From positions 15,329,545 to 15,393,544 of the forward strand of contig NC_057719.1 of assembly GCF_004010195.1 (NCBI RefSeq): a stretch of 64,000 bases of DNA. The letters are read 5' to 3'. Under the pieces are notes generated by a model that did no database searches, had not been told where the DNA came from, and saw nothing but the letters and a program-made list of their open reading frames with translations. Below are positions 51,293 through 64,000 of this stretch, one piece after another. The DNA is from Chiloscyllium plagiosum. Taxonomy: Eukaryota. Position numbers and translations under genes: made by a program. Each line of letters opens with the position of its first letter. Position 1 is the stretch's first letter.

Positions 51293-52720
51293 TCATAGAA
51301 TCATACTACAGAAGATGCCCTTTGGCCCACCAAGTCTATATCAACAAAATAAAATCTAAATCTACTCTAGTCTGACTTTACAACACTTGGCCCATTGCCT
51401 TGAATGTTAAGACATTCCAAATGCTCATTCAAATTATTTTTGTAGATTATAAACTCCCCCTTCAATGACCCTCCCAGATTGTGCATTTCAGGTTCCCAAC
51501 ACTCTGTGGATGAAAATAAGTTCCTCAGATCCCCTTTAAACTTCTTGCCTTATGCCTAAAATTATGCCACCTTGTTGTTATTGACCCTTTAACTAAGGGG
51601 AACAGCTGTTTTCTATGCATTCTGTCCATGCCCCTCCTAATCTTAAATACCTCAATCCTGTTTCTCCCCCCCCCCCCCAAGCCTTCTCTGCTCTAAAGAA
51701 AGCAAACCATCTTAGCTAGCCTGTCTTCATAACAAAACTGCCCCAATCCAGGCAACAACCTGGTGAACCTCCTCTGCACTCCCTCCTGTGCATCATATCC
51801 TTTCTATCATGCAGTGACTACAACTATACACTTGTACTCATGCTCCACCTGTGACCAAAGCAAAGTTTTGTATCGCTCCAGCGTAACTTGCTTGTTTTAT
51901 GCTACAACTGATAAAGTATCCCATATGCCTTTTTAACTATCCTGGTAATATGTCCTGCCTCCTGCAGGTATCTGTGGAAAAGCAACTCAACATCCCTCTG
52001 AGCTTCCTTGTGCCTTACCATTCTTTGAATATACCCTTGTCTTGTTGCTTCCAAAATGCATCTCCTCACACTTAAGTGGTTAAATTCCATTTGTGACCAA
52101 ACTGCCCATCTAATTAATCAGCCTATATCCTCCTGTAACCTAAAACATTCTTCCTGACTGTCAATAGTCCAGCCAATCATCTTGTCATATGCAAACTTAG
52201 TTTTACTTTTCATCACACCCCCCTCCCCCAACCCTGCCATTCACTGTCCCTGTCCAAATTTTGCCTCTCCGAGTGGAAATTCATTCTCTTCTTCGGAACT
52301 ATCTTCAGTAGTTAACTAACTACTGACGAGAGATTCACTGGTCTGCAATTCTGTAGTTTATCTTTACCACCTTTCTTAAAAAGTGTGGATGCATTAGTTA
52401 TCCTCAAGTTCTCTGGCATCTCCCCCTTGGCAATTAAATTTGGGTCAGAAGCCCTGTAAGTTTCTCCCCAGTCTCGCACAGCAACTCACCTGGACACCAA
52501 AACCTCCAATAACTGTTCACTCGTGATGTCAAACTGCTCAATAACCTACAGTCCGTAGTACCAAATTCTGGACCTACATCCTCTCCGCTGTGAAGACATG
52601 CAAAATACTTGTTTAACACCCTACCAATGTTTGCCGACTCCATGCACAGTTGCTTCTCGGTTTCTAATGAACCATTCTCTTTCTCTGCTTATCATCTTCC
52701 TATTGATGTACTTACACAAT
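51293..52720 (-). mobile_element. Degenerate CR1 ORF2
   Basis: CR1 3' UTR and ORF remnants at 51902-52090 and 52434-52643. Confidence 0.7.
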
Positions 52721-53279
52721 GACATTTTTTTAGTTCCACCAAGCAACTTATGAGAGCGACTAAAAGGAATATTTTAAATTTCACTTGTGGGATGTGGCCA
52801 GCATTTATTACCCATCCTAGTTGCCCTTAAGAAGGTTGTGGTACACTGCCTGCTTGAATTGTATTGTAGGTACACCTACAATGATCCAGAATTCCACAAT
52901 TTTGACTCAGCAACAGTATATTTCCAAGTCAGGATGGTGAGTCACAGCTTTTCCAGTCTTATATCTCAAACCCTTCATTCCTGGCAACTTTCTGGTAAAT
53001 ATTTTCTGAATCCTCTCCAGTTTCATAATATCCTTCCTCATCTTGCAATTGGTTGAGTTTGACAAGTAAAGCATGGAATATAAGAACAAACAAGTTATGC
53101 TAAACTCCACATCAGTTCAAGCCTAGGCCTTCCACCCCACACTCGGATTTCAAAACCTTATGAAATGTGCATTAGGAATTTGAGAATTTGATCAAGGTGA
53201 AAGACTTCACAGTTCCTTGGAGATATGAGATAAACTAGAGTTTGTCTTGCTTACAACAGAGAAGATAAAGAAGAGATTC

Positions 53280-54925
53280 AAGGCAATCATCTTCAACTGC
53301 TTCATAAATAATTTTCCCTCCATCATAAGGTCAGAACTGATTTTTGCTGATGATTGCACAATGTTCAACACCATTCATGACTGCTCAGACGCTGAAGCAG
53401 TTTATGTTCAATTGCAGCAAGATTTGGAAAACGTTCAGCTTTGGATTGGTAGTATTACGTCCTTTCCTGAGGTTTCACATATGAGATGCAATTCACACAC
53501 ACCAACTACTGCAGACCATTAACGTTTATTAAAGCTTGTACAAGCTAGGTGACCCCCTTTGGCCTTCTTCACACGCAAGTGAAGTTGGATCAAAGTGAGT
53601 CCCTGAACAAAGAAAACACATCTCCTTTACACAGGCCAATTGACCACATACTTACAGATACTCTTGCCACTCCCCACAGTCACACACCACTCAAGACAAC
53701 CTCCAGTTAGTCACAGTCACAAGTTATCCCAGGTACAGTGGGAGGATGAGATCATCCTCTGAGATAATGCTAATGCCCTAATGCAGGGGAGGCATTATGC
53801 AGATGATTTTCTGACTCTGTGATTCCCCAAGATAATGCAGGTGCGACATACCTCTGGCTAGAAAGCATTTTTGAATGGAAGTGATTGAACAATAGTTTAA
53901 CTTGACAATAGCAAGGAGGCGTACTGTCAAATGACTGTCTAATTGGGTGTAGGTGATTCACATTCTTGCCTGACTGTCGTCCCCACCCAAAGATAGTGCA
54001 GTTCAATCCTTTAGTATTTCATTAATGTCCAGAGAGATATATTCCCATTTATCTTTTAGCATTACAATAGTGGCAAGTAACATTCATGACACACAAATGC
54101 CAGGCCATGACCATTACCAGTAAGAAGCAATATGACTACTACCATTTGGCATTTAATGTTGTTGCCTTCACAACATCTCCTACTATCAACATCCTCTGAA
54201 TTACCATTGGCCAGAAACTTAATTGGATTTACAGTGGCTATAGAAAAGAAGGTCAGAAGCTAGGAATACTGCAGTGAGCAACTCACCTGATTCTCTACAG
54301 CCTGTATAAGGCACAAGTGAGGAATGTGATGGAATACTCCATGCTTACCGAGATGAGTACAACTGCAAAAAGACTCCAGAAGATTTTTTAAAAATAATTT
54401 GCAGGATGAGGGCATCACTGGCCATCTGTATTTGCCTACAGAAAGTGGTATTAGCTGCTGCCTTGAACCACTGCAGTCCACCTGCTGTGTGTTGACCCAC
54501 AATGCTGCTAGAAATGGCATTCCAGGACTTTGACCCAACGACAGTGAAGGAATAGCAATATATTTTCAAGTCAGAATGGTGAGTTGCTTGGAGGGGGAGC
54601 TCGCAGGAGATGGTATTCCCAAGTATCTGCTGCCCTTGTCTTTGGAGATGGAAGTGGTTTTGGGTTTGGAAGGTGCTTAATGAGAATCTTTGTTGAATTT
54701 CTGCATAACATCTTGTACACACTGCTGCATCTGAGCATCAGTAGGGAGGGAGTAGATAATTGTGTTGAGGTGCCATTCAAACAGGTCATGTATGATGTCA
54801 GGCTTCCTGAGTGGTGTTGGAGCTGCGTCCATTCAGGCAAGCGGAGAATATTCCATCACACTCCTGGCTTGTGCCTTGTAGATGGTGGACAGGCTTTGGG
54901 GAATTAGGCAGTGAGTTACATGTCA
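53280..54925. mobile_element. CR1/L2-clade LINE fragments in both orientations, interrupted by an LTR-like insert
   Basis: IFNCFINNFPSII..IFADDCT RT motif; 54345-54840 is the reverse-strand 3' end, also seen at about 13200-13580. Confidence 0.7.
53453..54066 (-). mobile_element. Probable solo LTR (614 bp) splitting a LINE RT
   Basis: TATTAC...ATTACA ends; imperfect 4-bp TSD GTAG/ATAG; the LINE sequence resumes (TGGCAAGTAACATTC); minus-strand AATAAA near 53525. Confidence 0.55.
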
Positions 54926-55556
54926 TACTATTACCATCATTGTCTATAATACTCATAACATTACAGTCCATCCAATCTTGCCTTACTTCCTCTATCTTGG
55001 TTCATTTTACTGAAGTATGCTGTGTCCCTGTTGTAGTCTTACCCAGTATCCCTCTCGCTGTGAAACTAGTTTAAATTCCACGCAACAGTGCTGGCAAACC
55101 CACATACCTTCAGGAATGGTGACTTTATTCTGTTCTGATCTTTGTGTCTGCTGAACTTATCCTCCGTTGACAGCATTTCCTGCTGTAATGTGAGAAGAGG
55201 ATATAGGTAAGATCACTTGTCCATGCTAACCAGATATCCTAAATTAATCTAGTCTCATTTGCCAGCATGTGGCCCATTTCCCTCTGAACACTTCCTATTC
55301 ATATTCCCATCCAGATGCCTTTTAAATGTTGTAAGTGTGTTAGCCTCCATCACTTCCTCTGGGAGCTCATTTCATACACCCACCAACTTCTCCATTAAAA
55401 AGTTGCCCCTTGGGTACCTTTTAACTCTTTAGCCTCTCACCCTAAACCTATGCCCTCTAGTTTTGGACTCCCCAACCCCTAAAAAGAGACCACACTATTT
55501 AACCTATTCATGCCCCTCATGATTTTATAAACTTCTATAAGGTCATCCCTCAACCT

Positions 55557-57745
55557 TCCAAATCACGCAACACCAGATTGCACTGTCCTTCATCAGGTGG
55601 TTGTGGAGTGCACAATTGTAAGACACAGAATTTATAGCAAAAGTTTACAGTGTGATGTAACTGAAATTATACATTGAAAAATACCTTGATTGTTTAAGTC
55701 TCTCATCTGTTAGAATGACCATGATTGTTTCACTTCTTTTATATGTAAATCACAAAACTTTTTTTAAAAGTTATATTCTCAGGTTAACTGTAACAATTGG
55801 TGTCAGCGCAGATAAGATGTTGAAGGTGTTAGCCCCCTGTGTTCCCTGTCTGTGCTATGATGTTTAGACTGATTCCAATCTAAAAGGTGAGATAACAGAG
55901 TCTTACATGGATTCATGCAGTTTTTGAGCAAAGTAAAATGCAACTCTGCAAGTACAAATTCACCCCACAAACGTATATGTGTATGTGTGAATGTGGGTTT
56001 TTGTGTGTGTGTCTGGGTTGGGGGTTTGTGAGTGGCTGTGAGAGAGAGTGCATGTGTGCGTGCGTGTGTGAGTGTAAAGTGGTCTAAGTCTGTGAGAGGG
56101 TGCAAGTGAGAGCGTGGGAGTGTGTGTGTCTGTAGGAGTGTGTGTATGTACCTGGGTTGGGGTGTTGTGAGTGTCTGTGAGAGAGAGTGTATATGTGTGT
56201 GTGTGTAAAGTGTCTAAGTCTGTGAGACGGGTGCATGTGAGAGTGTAGGAGTGTGTATCGGTGTCTGTGTGCATGTCTGTATATAGGAGTGTGTGCGAGT
56301 GCGCACGCGCGCATGTAGGAGTGTCTGTCTGTGTGTGTGTGTATACTGCAATGGCGGTCACCTGTAGTGTGACATGAACCCAAGGTCCCGGTTGAGGCCC
56401 TCCCTATGGGTACCGAACTTAGCAATCAGTCTTTGCTCGGCCACTTTTCGCTGCTGCCTGTCCCGAAGTCTGCCTTGGAGGATGGTCATCCGAAGGTCCG
56501 AGGTCGAATGTCCTGGACCGCTGAAGTGTCCATCAACTTGGACATTCGACTTTGGACCTTCAGGTGACCATCCTCCAAGGCGGACTTCGGGACAGGCAGC
56601 AGCGAAAAGTGGCCGAGCAAAGGCTGATAGCTAAGTTCGGTTCCCATAGGGAGGGCCTTAACCGGGACCTTGGGTTCATGTCACACTACAAGTGACCACT
56701 ATTGCTCTATACATGTACACGGACACGCACACAGACATGTGCACACACTCCCGCACTCACACTTGCACCTTCTCACAGACTTACACACTTTACACTCTCT
56801 CACACACACTCATAACCCCCCACCCCAGAGACACACGCGCACACACACACACTCCTGCGGACACACACACTCCTGCGGACACACACACTCCTGCGGACAC
56901 ACACACTCCTGCGGACACACACACTCCTGCGGACACACACACTCCTGCAGACACACACACTCCCGCATACTCACTTGCACCCTCTCACAGACTTAGATCT
57001 CTTTACCACTTTCATTCTCACACACATATGTACTCTCTCTTGCAGACACTCACAAACCCTGACCCTAGACACACACACACACACACACAAAATTGTAGGG
57101 TGAATTAGTACTTGCAGAGTTACATTGTACTTTGCTCAAAAACTGCATGAATCCATGTAAGACTCTGTTAACTCACTTTTTCAATGAGAATCAGTCTAAA
57201 CATTATGGCACAGACAGGGAATACAGGGGGCTAACACTTTCAGCATCTCAACATCTTATCTGCGCTGACACCATTGTTACAGTTAACCTGGGAATGTAAC
57301 GTGTAAAAAATGTTTTGTGATTTACATATAAAAGAAGTGAAACTATCATGGTCATTCTAACAGATGAGAGACTTACCAAACAATCAAGGTATTTTTCAAT
57401 GTATAATTTCAGTTACATCACACTGAAAACTTATGCTATACATTCTGTGTCTTACAATTATGCACTCCACAACCACCTGATGAAGGTAGTCATGATTTGG
57501 AGATGCCGGTGTTGGACTGGGGTGTACAAAGTTAAAAATCATACAACACCAAATTATAGTCCAGCAGGTTTAATTGGAAGCATGAGCTTTCAGAGCGCCG
57601 CTCCTTTATCAGGCAATCATTTGATGAAGGAGCAGCGCTCCAAAAGCCAGTGCTTCCAATTAAACCTGTTGGACTATAACCTGGTGTTGTGTGATTTGTA
57701 ACTTTGTACACCCTAATCCAACACCGACATCTTCAAATGATGACC
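55557..57745. mobile_element. Penelope-like fold-back insertion inside a minus-strand CR1 (about 55210-55556 and 57746-57865)
   Basis: Arms 55587-56513 and 56540-57486; DLQVTILQGGLRDRQQRKVAEQRLIAKFGSHREGLNRDLGFMSHYK GIY-YIG C-terminus; (CA)-rich tract; TSD CCCTCAACCT at 55547-55556 and 57746-57755. Confidence 0.88.
56845..56963 (+). repeat. 18-bp minisatellite (GCGGACACACACACTCCT), about 6 copies
   Basis: Seen directly; produces the ADTHTP / CGHTHS ORF repeats. Confidence 0.9.
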
Positions 57746-57869
57746 CCCTCAACCTGGAATACTCCAGGGAAAATATCCCCAGCCTGTTCAGCCTCTCGCT
57801 ACACCTCAAACTCTCCAACCCTGGCAGCACCTTTGTATATCTTTTCTGAACCCTTTCAAATTTACCTCA

Positions 57870-59590
57870 ATTACTGAAATATTTGTATCGTTGATAGTCA
57901 CAAGTGAGGTGCCGGAAGACTGGAGGTTGGCAAATGTGGTGCCACTGTTTAAGAAGGGCGGTAAAGACAAGCCAGGGAACTATAGACCAGTGAGCTGACC
58001 TCGGTGGTGGGCAAGTTGTTGGAGGGAATCTTGAGGCAAGGACTGATTCGGGATAGTCAACATGGCTTTGTGCATGGGAAATCATGTCTCACAAACTTGT
58101 TTGAGTTTTTTGAAGAAGTAGCAAAGAGGATTGATGAGGGCAGAGCAGTAGATGTGATCTATATGGACTTCAATAAGGTGTTCAGCAAGGTTCCCCATGG
58201 GAGACTGATTAGCATGGTTAGATCTCATGGAATACAGGGAGAATTAGCCATTTGGATACAGAACTGGCTCAAAGGTAGAAGACGGAGGGTGGTGGTGGAA
58301 GGTTGTTTTTCAGACTGGAGGCCTGTGACCAGTGGAGTGCCACAAGGATGGGTGCTGGGTCCTCTACTTTTTGTCATTTACATAAATGATTTGGATGCGA
58401 GCATAAGAGGTACAGTTAGTAAGTTTGCAATGACACCAAAATTGGAGGTGTAGTGGACAGCGAAGAGGGTTACCTCAGATTAGAACAGGATCTGGACCAA
58501 ATAGGCTAAGAAATGGCAGGTGGAGTTTAATTCAGATAAATGCGAGGTGCTGTATTTCGGGAAAGCAAATCTTAGCAGTACTTACACACTTTATGGTAAG
58601 GTTCTAGGGAGTGTTGTTGAACAAAGAGACCTTGGAGCGCAGGTTCATAGCTCCTTGAAAATGGAGTCGGAGATAGATAGAGAAGTGAAGAAGGCGTTTG
58701 GTATCCTTTTCTTTATTGGTCAGAGTATTGAGTACAGGAGTTAGGAGGTCATATTGTGGCTGTATAGGACATTGGTTAGTCCACTGTTGGAATATTGCGT
58801 GCAATTCTCGTCTCCTTCCTATCTGAAGGATGTTGTGAAACTTGAAAGTGTTCAGAAAAGATTTACAAGAATGTTGCCAGAGTTGGAGGATTTGAGCTAT
58901 AGGGAAAGGCTGAACAGGCTGGGGCTGTTTTCCCTGGAGCGTCGGAGGCTGAGGGGTGCCCTTATAGAGGTTGACAAAATTATGAGGGGCGTGGATAGGG
59001 TAAATAGGCAAAGTCTTTTCCCTGGGGTCGGGGAATCCAGAACTAGAGGGCATATGTTGAGGGTGAGAGGGGAAAGATATAAAAGAGACCTAAGGGGCAA
59101 CATTTTCACACAGAGGGTGGTACATGTATGGAATGAGCTGCCAGAGGAAGTGGTGGAGGCTGGTACAATTGCAACATTTAAAAGGCATTTGGATGGGTAT
59201 ATGAATAGGAAGGGTTTGGAGGGATATGGGCCGGGTGCTGGCAGGTGGGACTAGATTGGGTTGGGATATCTGGTCGGCATGGATTGGTTGAATCTCATAA
59301 TTTTGTCAACCTCTACAAGGTCACCCCTCAGCCTCCGACGCTCCAGGGAAAAGAGCCCCAGACTGTTCAGCCTCTCCCTATAGCTCAAATCCTCCAACCC
59401 TGGCAACATTCTTGTAAATCTTTTCTGAACCCTTTCAAGTTTCACAACATCCTTCAGATAGGAAGGAGACGAGAATTGCACGCAATATTCCAACAGTGGC
59501 CTAACCGATGTCCTGGACAGCTGCAATATGACCTCCCGACTGTACATGCTGTACATCCCAACTGTTTTCATGCTGTACATCTCTATGACT
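57870..59590 (+). mobile_element. Relatively young CR1 RT 3' half with an internal inverted duplication
   Basis: ORFs 58004-58453, 58520-58744 and 58754-59254 (QHGF..KSCLTNL, YMDF.K.F.KVPH, GVPQG.VLGPLLF). Confidence 0.92.
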
Positions 59591-60482
59591 ATAAATTTCA
59601 CAAATCCTTCCTGTAGCAGGGAGAACAGAATTGCACACAGTATTCCAAGAGTGACCTAACCAATGTCCTGTACAGCTGCAATATGACCTCCAACCTCTGT
59701 ACTCAATGCACTGACCAATAAAGGAAAGCTTACCAAATGCCTTCTTCAGGATATAGGCCAGACCGAGTAAATAGGGTAGGTTTCCTTCCCTAAAGGACGT
59801 TTGTGAACCAGATGGATTTCCTGACAATTGAAATAGATGGTCATCATTAGACTCTTTCTTCTAGATTTTGTTTTCCCATATTTTAACATCTGCCATGGTG
59901 GGATTTGTACTCAGGTCCTCAGAACATAACCTGGTCTCTGGATTAACAGTCTAGGGATAATACCACCAGGCAGTCGTCTCCCCTAAACTATTGCACCAAT
60001 TCAAGGCTTTTAGGGTAAGGCAGTAAATGCTGGCTCAACCTCTTTTGGCCACATGACATGATTTTTCCTTTAAATTGTTGAATTCCATTGTAAGCTGTGC
60101 GTGGTAGTTTTCTCTCTGTAATCTTATTGCTATTTGTATGCTAAGAAATAAGAGACAACCATTTGTAAGGATATGTTTATTGTATGTTTCATTAGCTAAT
60201 TGTACTTCATTACTTATTCACTTTCAGTACTTATTTCTAATATATGGCATATAAATTATTCAGGTCAAAAAATGCATCTTCAATTTCTCAACTTTATTGA
60301 TCTGAGGACTGTAATATGCTGTCAGTCAACCAAGTTATCCTTGTTTCTTTAATACGAACTGAGATTTCTTGTGAATAGGAAAACTCAGCTAATAGAATGG
60401 AAGGGTCAATAGAATTATGGATATGAAATTGGCTGAAAAGCAGGCAACAGACAGCAATTTTGAAAGGTTGCTGCTCAGGCTG

Positions 60483-61258
60483 GAGGAACCTCGAATATCC
60501 GAACGAAATAGGTGAGCACTATTTCATTCGGTAATTGATTATTCAGATACTGAATAGCAGGAGAGTTTCCTGACACAATAGTGGGTTAGTGTAGTTTAGG
60601 TGGGCTTGGATCGGCGCAACATCGAGGGCCCAAGGGCCTGTACTGCGCTGTATTCTTCTATGTTCTATGTTCTATGTTCTATAATCGATATAACCTTAAA
60701 CAAGGGGAGCTATACTGATCTAATGCTGTGCTCGACTGGAGAGTTTGTTTAAGTCTATAATTTTGATGAGTCTGCTATTTAACCAAACTAATCTTTGCAT
60801 TCTGGAAATTGCAGGTTAAACTGAGAATGACTAAACCCTTACCATCACATAAATATATGAAATCCCAGCATTAAACAAGGTCCCGAACAGCTTCTACAAT
60901 CACAAGAGCATTTGTCGGTTTCCGTGAACTCAGTGTTGCAATAGAAAGACAGAAGTACCACCTCGCACATGCGTTTACTTTCTCTGCCATTCTTTTCATG
61001 AATGGCCCGGTAAAGTGATGGGTATAAAGCACTGACTTTTGAAAAGAGCTGTGTAACTAATCCTTACGTAAAAAAACAAATCCAGTCGTTGTTGCTTGAG
61101 GTGCTTGTGTTCCTTTGTTTTTGCCCAGCATTTTCACATATTCTTCAGTACAGGTAATCTGAATTTACTTACCTCTTTGATGTAACGTTTTACGGCACCT
61201 TGAGATCTTATTCGGATCATCCAAAATTCGGATAATTGATATTTGGATGTGTGGTTCC
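60483..61258. mobile_element. Degenerate pogo/Tigger-like non-autonomous DNA transposon with a CR1 3' tail inserted at about 60575-60682
   Basis: GGAACCTCGAATATCCGAA at the left end, repeated TTCGGATAAT..GGTTCC at the right end; (TTCTATG)3 tail inside. Confidence 0.5.
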
Positions 61259-61709
61259 TTTCAATTGGTGTTGCACTAAAGACAACTGTTTCTCTTGATG
61301 TCTTTTCATTGTCCTGGACTTGGTTGTGCAGGGCAAAATTTCAAAATTTGCGGATGATGCAAAACTTAAAATGTTGTTAATTGTGACGAAGGTGGTGATC
61401 AACATTGTGGGAACTTAAGACTGTTTGGTGGATTGAGTCCTACTAAAACCCTTCAAGGTTTTGAACAATTACCAAAAATCTGCTCAATTTTCTTCAATCT
61501 AAAGACAACAATCTCAATATCTCTAGTTTCACCACCTCCAAGGTTTCATAGTCCTCTGGTACCAGTCTAGAAAATCTCCTCCGCAATTTGTCTGAGGTTT
61601 TAAAATCCTTCTTAAACTGGCATGTCCAGAATTGAACACAGTACTTCAGCTGGACATGTGAAGGTTGAGCATAACTTCCTTCCTGTTCTAATCCAAGCCT
61701 TTCTTAAAT

Positions 61710-62630
61710 GTCATAGAGATGTACAGCACACAAACAGATCCTTCAGTCCAACTCGTCCATGGTGACCAGATTTCCTAAACTAATCTGGTCCCATTTGCCA
61801 GCACTTGGCCCATATCCTCCTAAGCCCTTCTTATTCATACACCCATCCAGATGCGTTTTAAATGTTGTAATTGTTTCATACTCCACCACTTCCTTTGGTA
61901 GTTTACTCCATATGTTCACTACAGTCTGCGTGAAAAAGTTGCCCCTTAGGTTCTTTTAAATTTGTCCTCCCACCCTAAACCTATGCCCTCTAGTTCTGGT
62001 CTTCCCCCACCCCCAGAGAAAAGACCATGTCTCTTTACTCTATCCATGTCCCTCATGATGTTATAAACCTCTATAAGGTCACCCTTCAGCCTGGGATGCT
62101 CCAGTGAAAATAGCCCCAGCCTATTCAACTTCTCCCTTTCGCTCAAACCCCCCAACCATGGCAACATTCTTTTAAATCTTTTCTGAACCCTTTCAAATTT
62201 CAGAACATCCTTCTGATTGCAGGGAGACCAGAACTGCATTCAATATTCCAAAAGTCGCCTAACCAATGTCGTGTACAGCTGCAACGTGACCTCCCAACTC
62301 CCATACTCTATGCACTGACCAGTAAAGGAAAGCATACAAAACGCCACCTTCACTTTCCTATCTACCTGTGACTCCACTTTCAATGAACTATGAACCTGCA
62401 CTCCATGGTTTCTTTCTTCAGCAACACTCCCCAGGATATTACCATTAAGTTTGCAAGTCCTGCCCTGATTTGCCTTTCCAAAATCCAGCACCTTGCATTT
62501 ATCTAAATTAAACTCCATCTACCACTCCTCAAACATCTGATCAAGAACCCAATGTACTCTGAGGTAACTTTCTTCGTTGTCCACTGCATGTCCAATCTTG
62601 GTGTCATCTGCAAACTTACTAACCATAGCT
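61710..62630 (-). mobile_element. CR1 RT 3' fragment
   Basis: ORFs 62240-62518 and 61946-62239; KFADDTK; 3' UTR. Confidence 0.88.
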
Positions 62631-63659
62631 CCCACTATAACCATTAATTATTAGAGTTCATAAAATAGCAAAAAGCAATATTTCCTGATGGGGTCAAACC
62701 TGGGCAACAAGAGTGGAAGCAATGGAATAGTAACAGCCGCAGGAAGCATTCCCAGTGGACTATTTACCTTCTCTGTTGTAAGCAAGACAAACTGTAGTTT
62801 ATCTCTTCTCTCCAAGGAACATGAAGTCTTTCACCTTGATAGAATTCTCATAAATCCCCACTATAAAGACTTGTGTCACTATACCTGAGGACTCTCTTTT
62901 AAAATTGTACCATTTACTTTACCAAAACAAACTATGTGCTAAATTCCATGTTCCATGTGTCTGTCCATTTTATCAGGCTGTTTTGTACTATCTGAAATTG
63001 AGTTGGAAATGCCATGATATGAGAATTGGAAGTGGAGCAGTGTATGGATTAGGTATTTGAAGGTTTGATGAAAGCAAAGTAGCTATGGATGGGAATTACT
63101 AGAGTTTACAAAAATTCAGGAATGTGAATGTTGCTCGCAATTTTGGTATTTATTGCCCATGAATTGTTTATCCTTGAGGCAGTGAAATGCCAGTTGGAAT
63201 TAAGGATTAATGTTAAATTTACGTGTTGGCCCATCTAGTAAAATCTGCACCATTTAGACACCAAAGAAAGGTCAATATAACTGCTTGGGAATGGCTGATT
63301 ATAATTCATCTTGTTACTACTAACTTTAAAATAACATTTTGAAAATCTTAGAATAAAGTTATTGTTAATCTTTGTAATAGGTTTCTTGACTTGTATCTCT
63401 CTCTTCAGTGAGAGATATTAAATGTGGCAAGTGGAGGAAGTTTCCGTCTGGCTCACTTGAAGTTTGTTCTTTTTACTTCTGCTAGCCAAATGCTGATTGC
63501 TTGTTACATTTACAGTAATTACAATTATTATTTTAGTGCCGGCATAAAATGCATCTATTCTGTTATCTGATCTGGTTAATATCAACAAGGGCACTTGTAT
63601 TAGCTTTAACACAAAAAATATCTGCCCTTTCAGATTCCACAATGTAGAGAGACATGAAA

Positions 63660-64000
63660 TTCATAGAATCACAGAGAACAGCACAGTGCAAGATGAGACC
63701 TGTCAACTTACTATGCTTAGTCCCAATGCTCTGTAAAACTCTATTCCCATAGGCCAATATTTTTCAAGTACCTAATTGTCCATTGACATTTTACTGCTTC
63801 CAACACCTTTTCATGCAATTCATTCTAGATTGCTGTAACATGACACTGCATTTTTTTTGTCTTCTAGCATCTCTATTTCTTTTGCAATTAACCTTAATTA
63901 TGTGTCCTCTTGTTATCAATCGTTCTGCAATTGGACAATTTAATGATTATGAATACCTCTTTCAATCTCCTCTTTACCTTCTCCATTGCAAGCAAGACAA
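63660..64000 (-). mobile_element. Degenerate CR1 3' end
   Basis: CATAGAATCACAGA tail (reverse) and CR1-like 3' UTR. Confidence 0.55.

Noticed and set aside
55803-57108. His/Thr-rich repeat ORFs, and the 18-bp array as a possible CRISPR
   Set aside because: Translations of (CA)n-rich PLE UTR and a minisatellite; no unique spacers, eukaryotic context.

Overview
Vertebrate genomic DNA, most likely a cartilaginous fish (shark). This is inferred from an HE1/V-SINE-type SINE, dense CR1 LINEs with (TTCTATG)/(TCTATGAC) tails and Penelope-like elements (PLEs). The window covers the syntenic block AREL1(-) / FCF1(+) / YLPM1(+). (i) FCF1 is complete: 8 exons from the ATG-only exon 1 (5303 or 5495) to the stop at 28135, 597 nt = 198 aa, all introns GT-AG. 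(ii) The 5' end of a divergent minus-strand gene, inferred to be AREL1, has an exon 1 donor at 5144 and exon 2 at 3342-3671. (iii) YLPM1 coding exon 1 lies at 44553-44999, followed by >19 kb of intron. The rest is mostly transposon debris: nested CR1s including a near full-length copy, PLE fragments with minimal hammerhead-ribozyme motifs and fold-back structures, solo LTRs and MITEs. Most notable: a 192-bp tandem duplication of the whole bidirectional promoter cassette with both first-exon donors, a uORF cascade and an apparently extended N-terminus in the AREL1-like gene, and many TSD-flanked PLE hairpins. I found no convincing evidence of a wholly new biological system. Most of the supplied ORFs are TE remnants or spurious.
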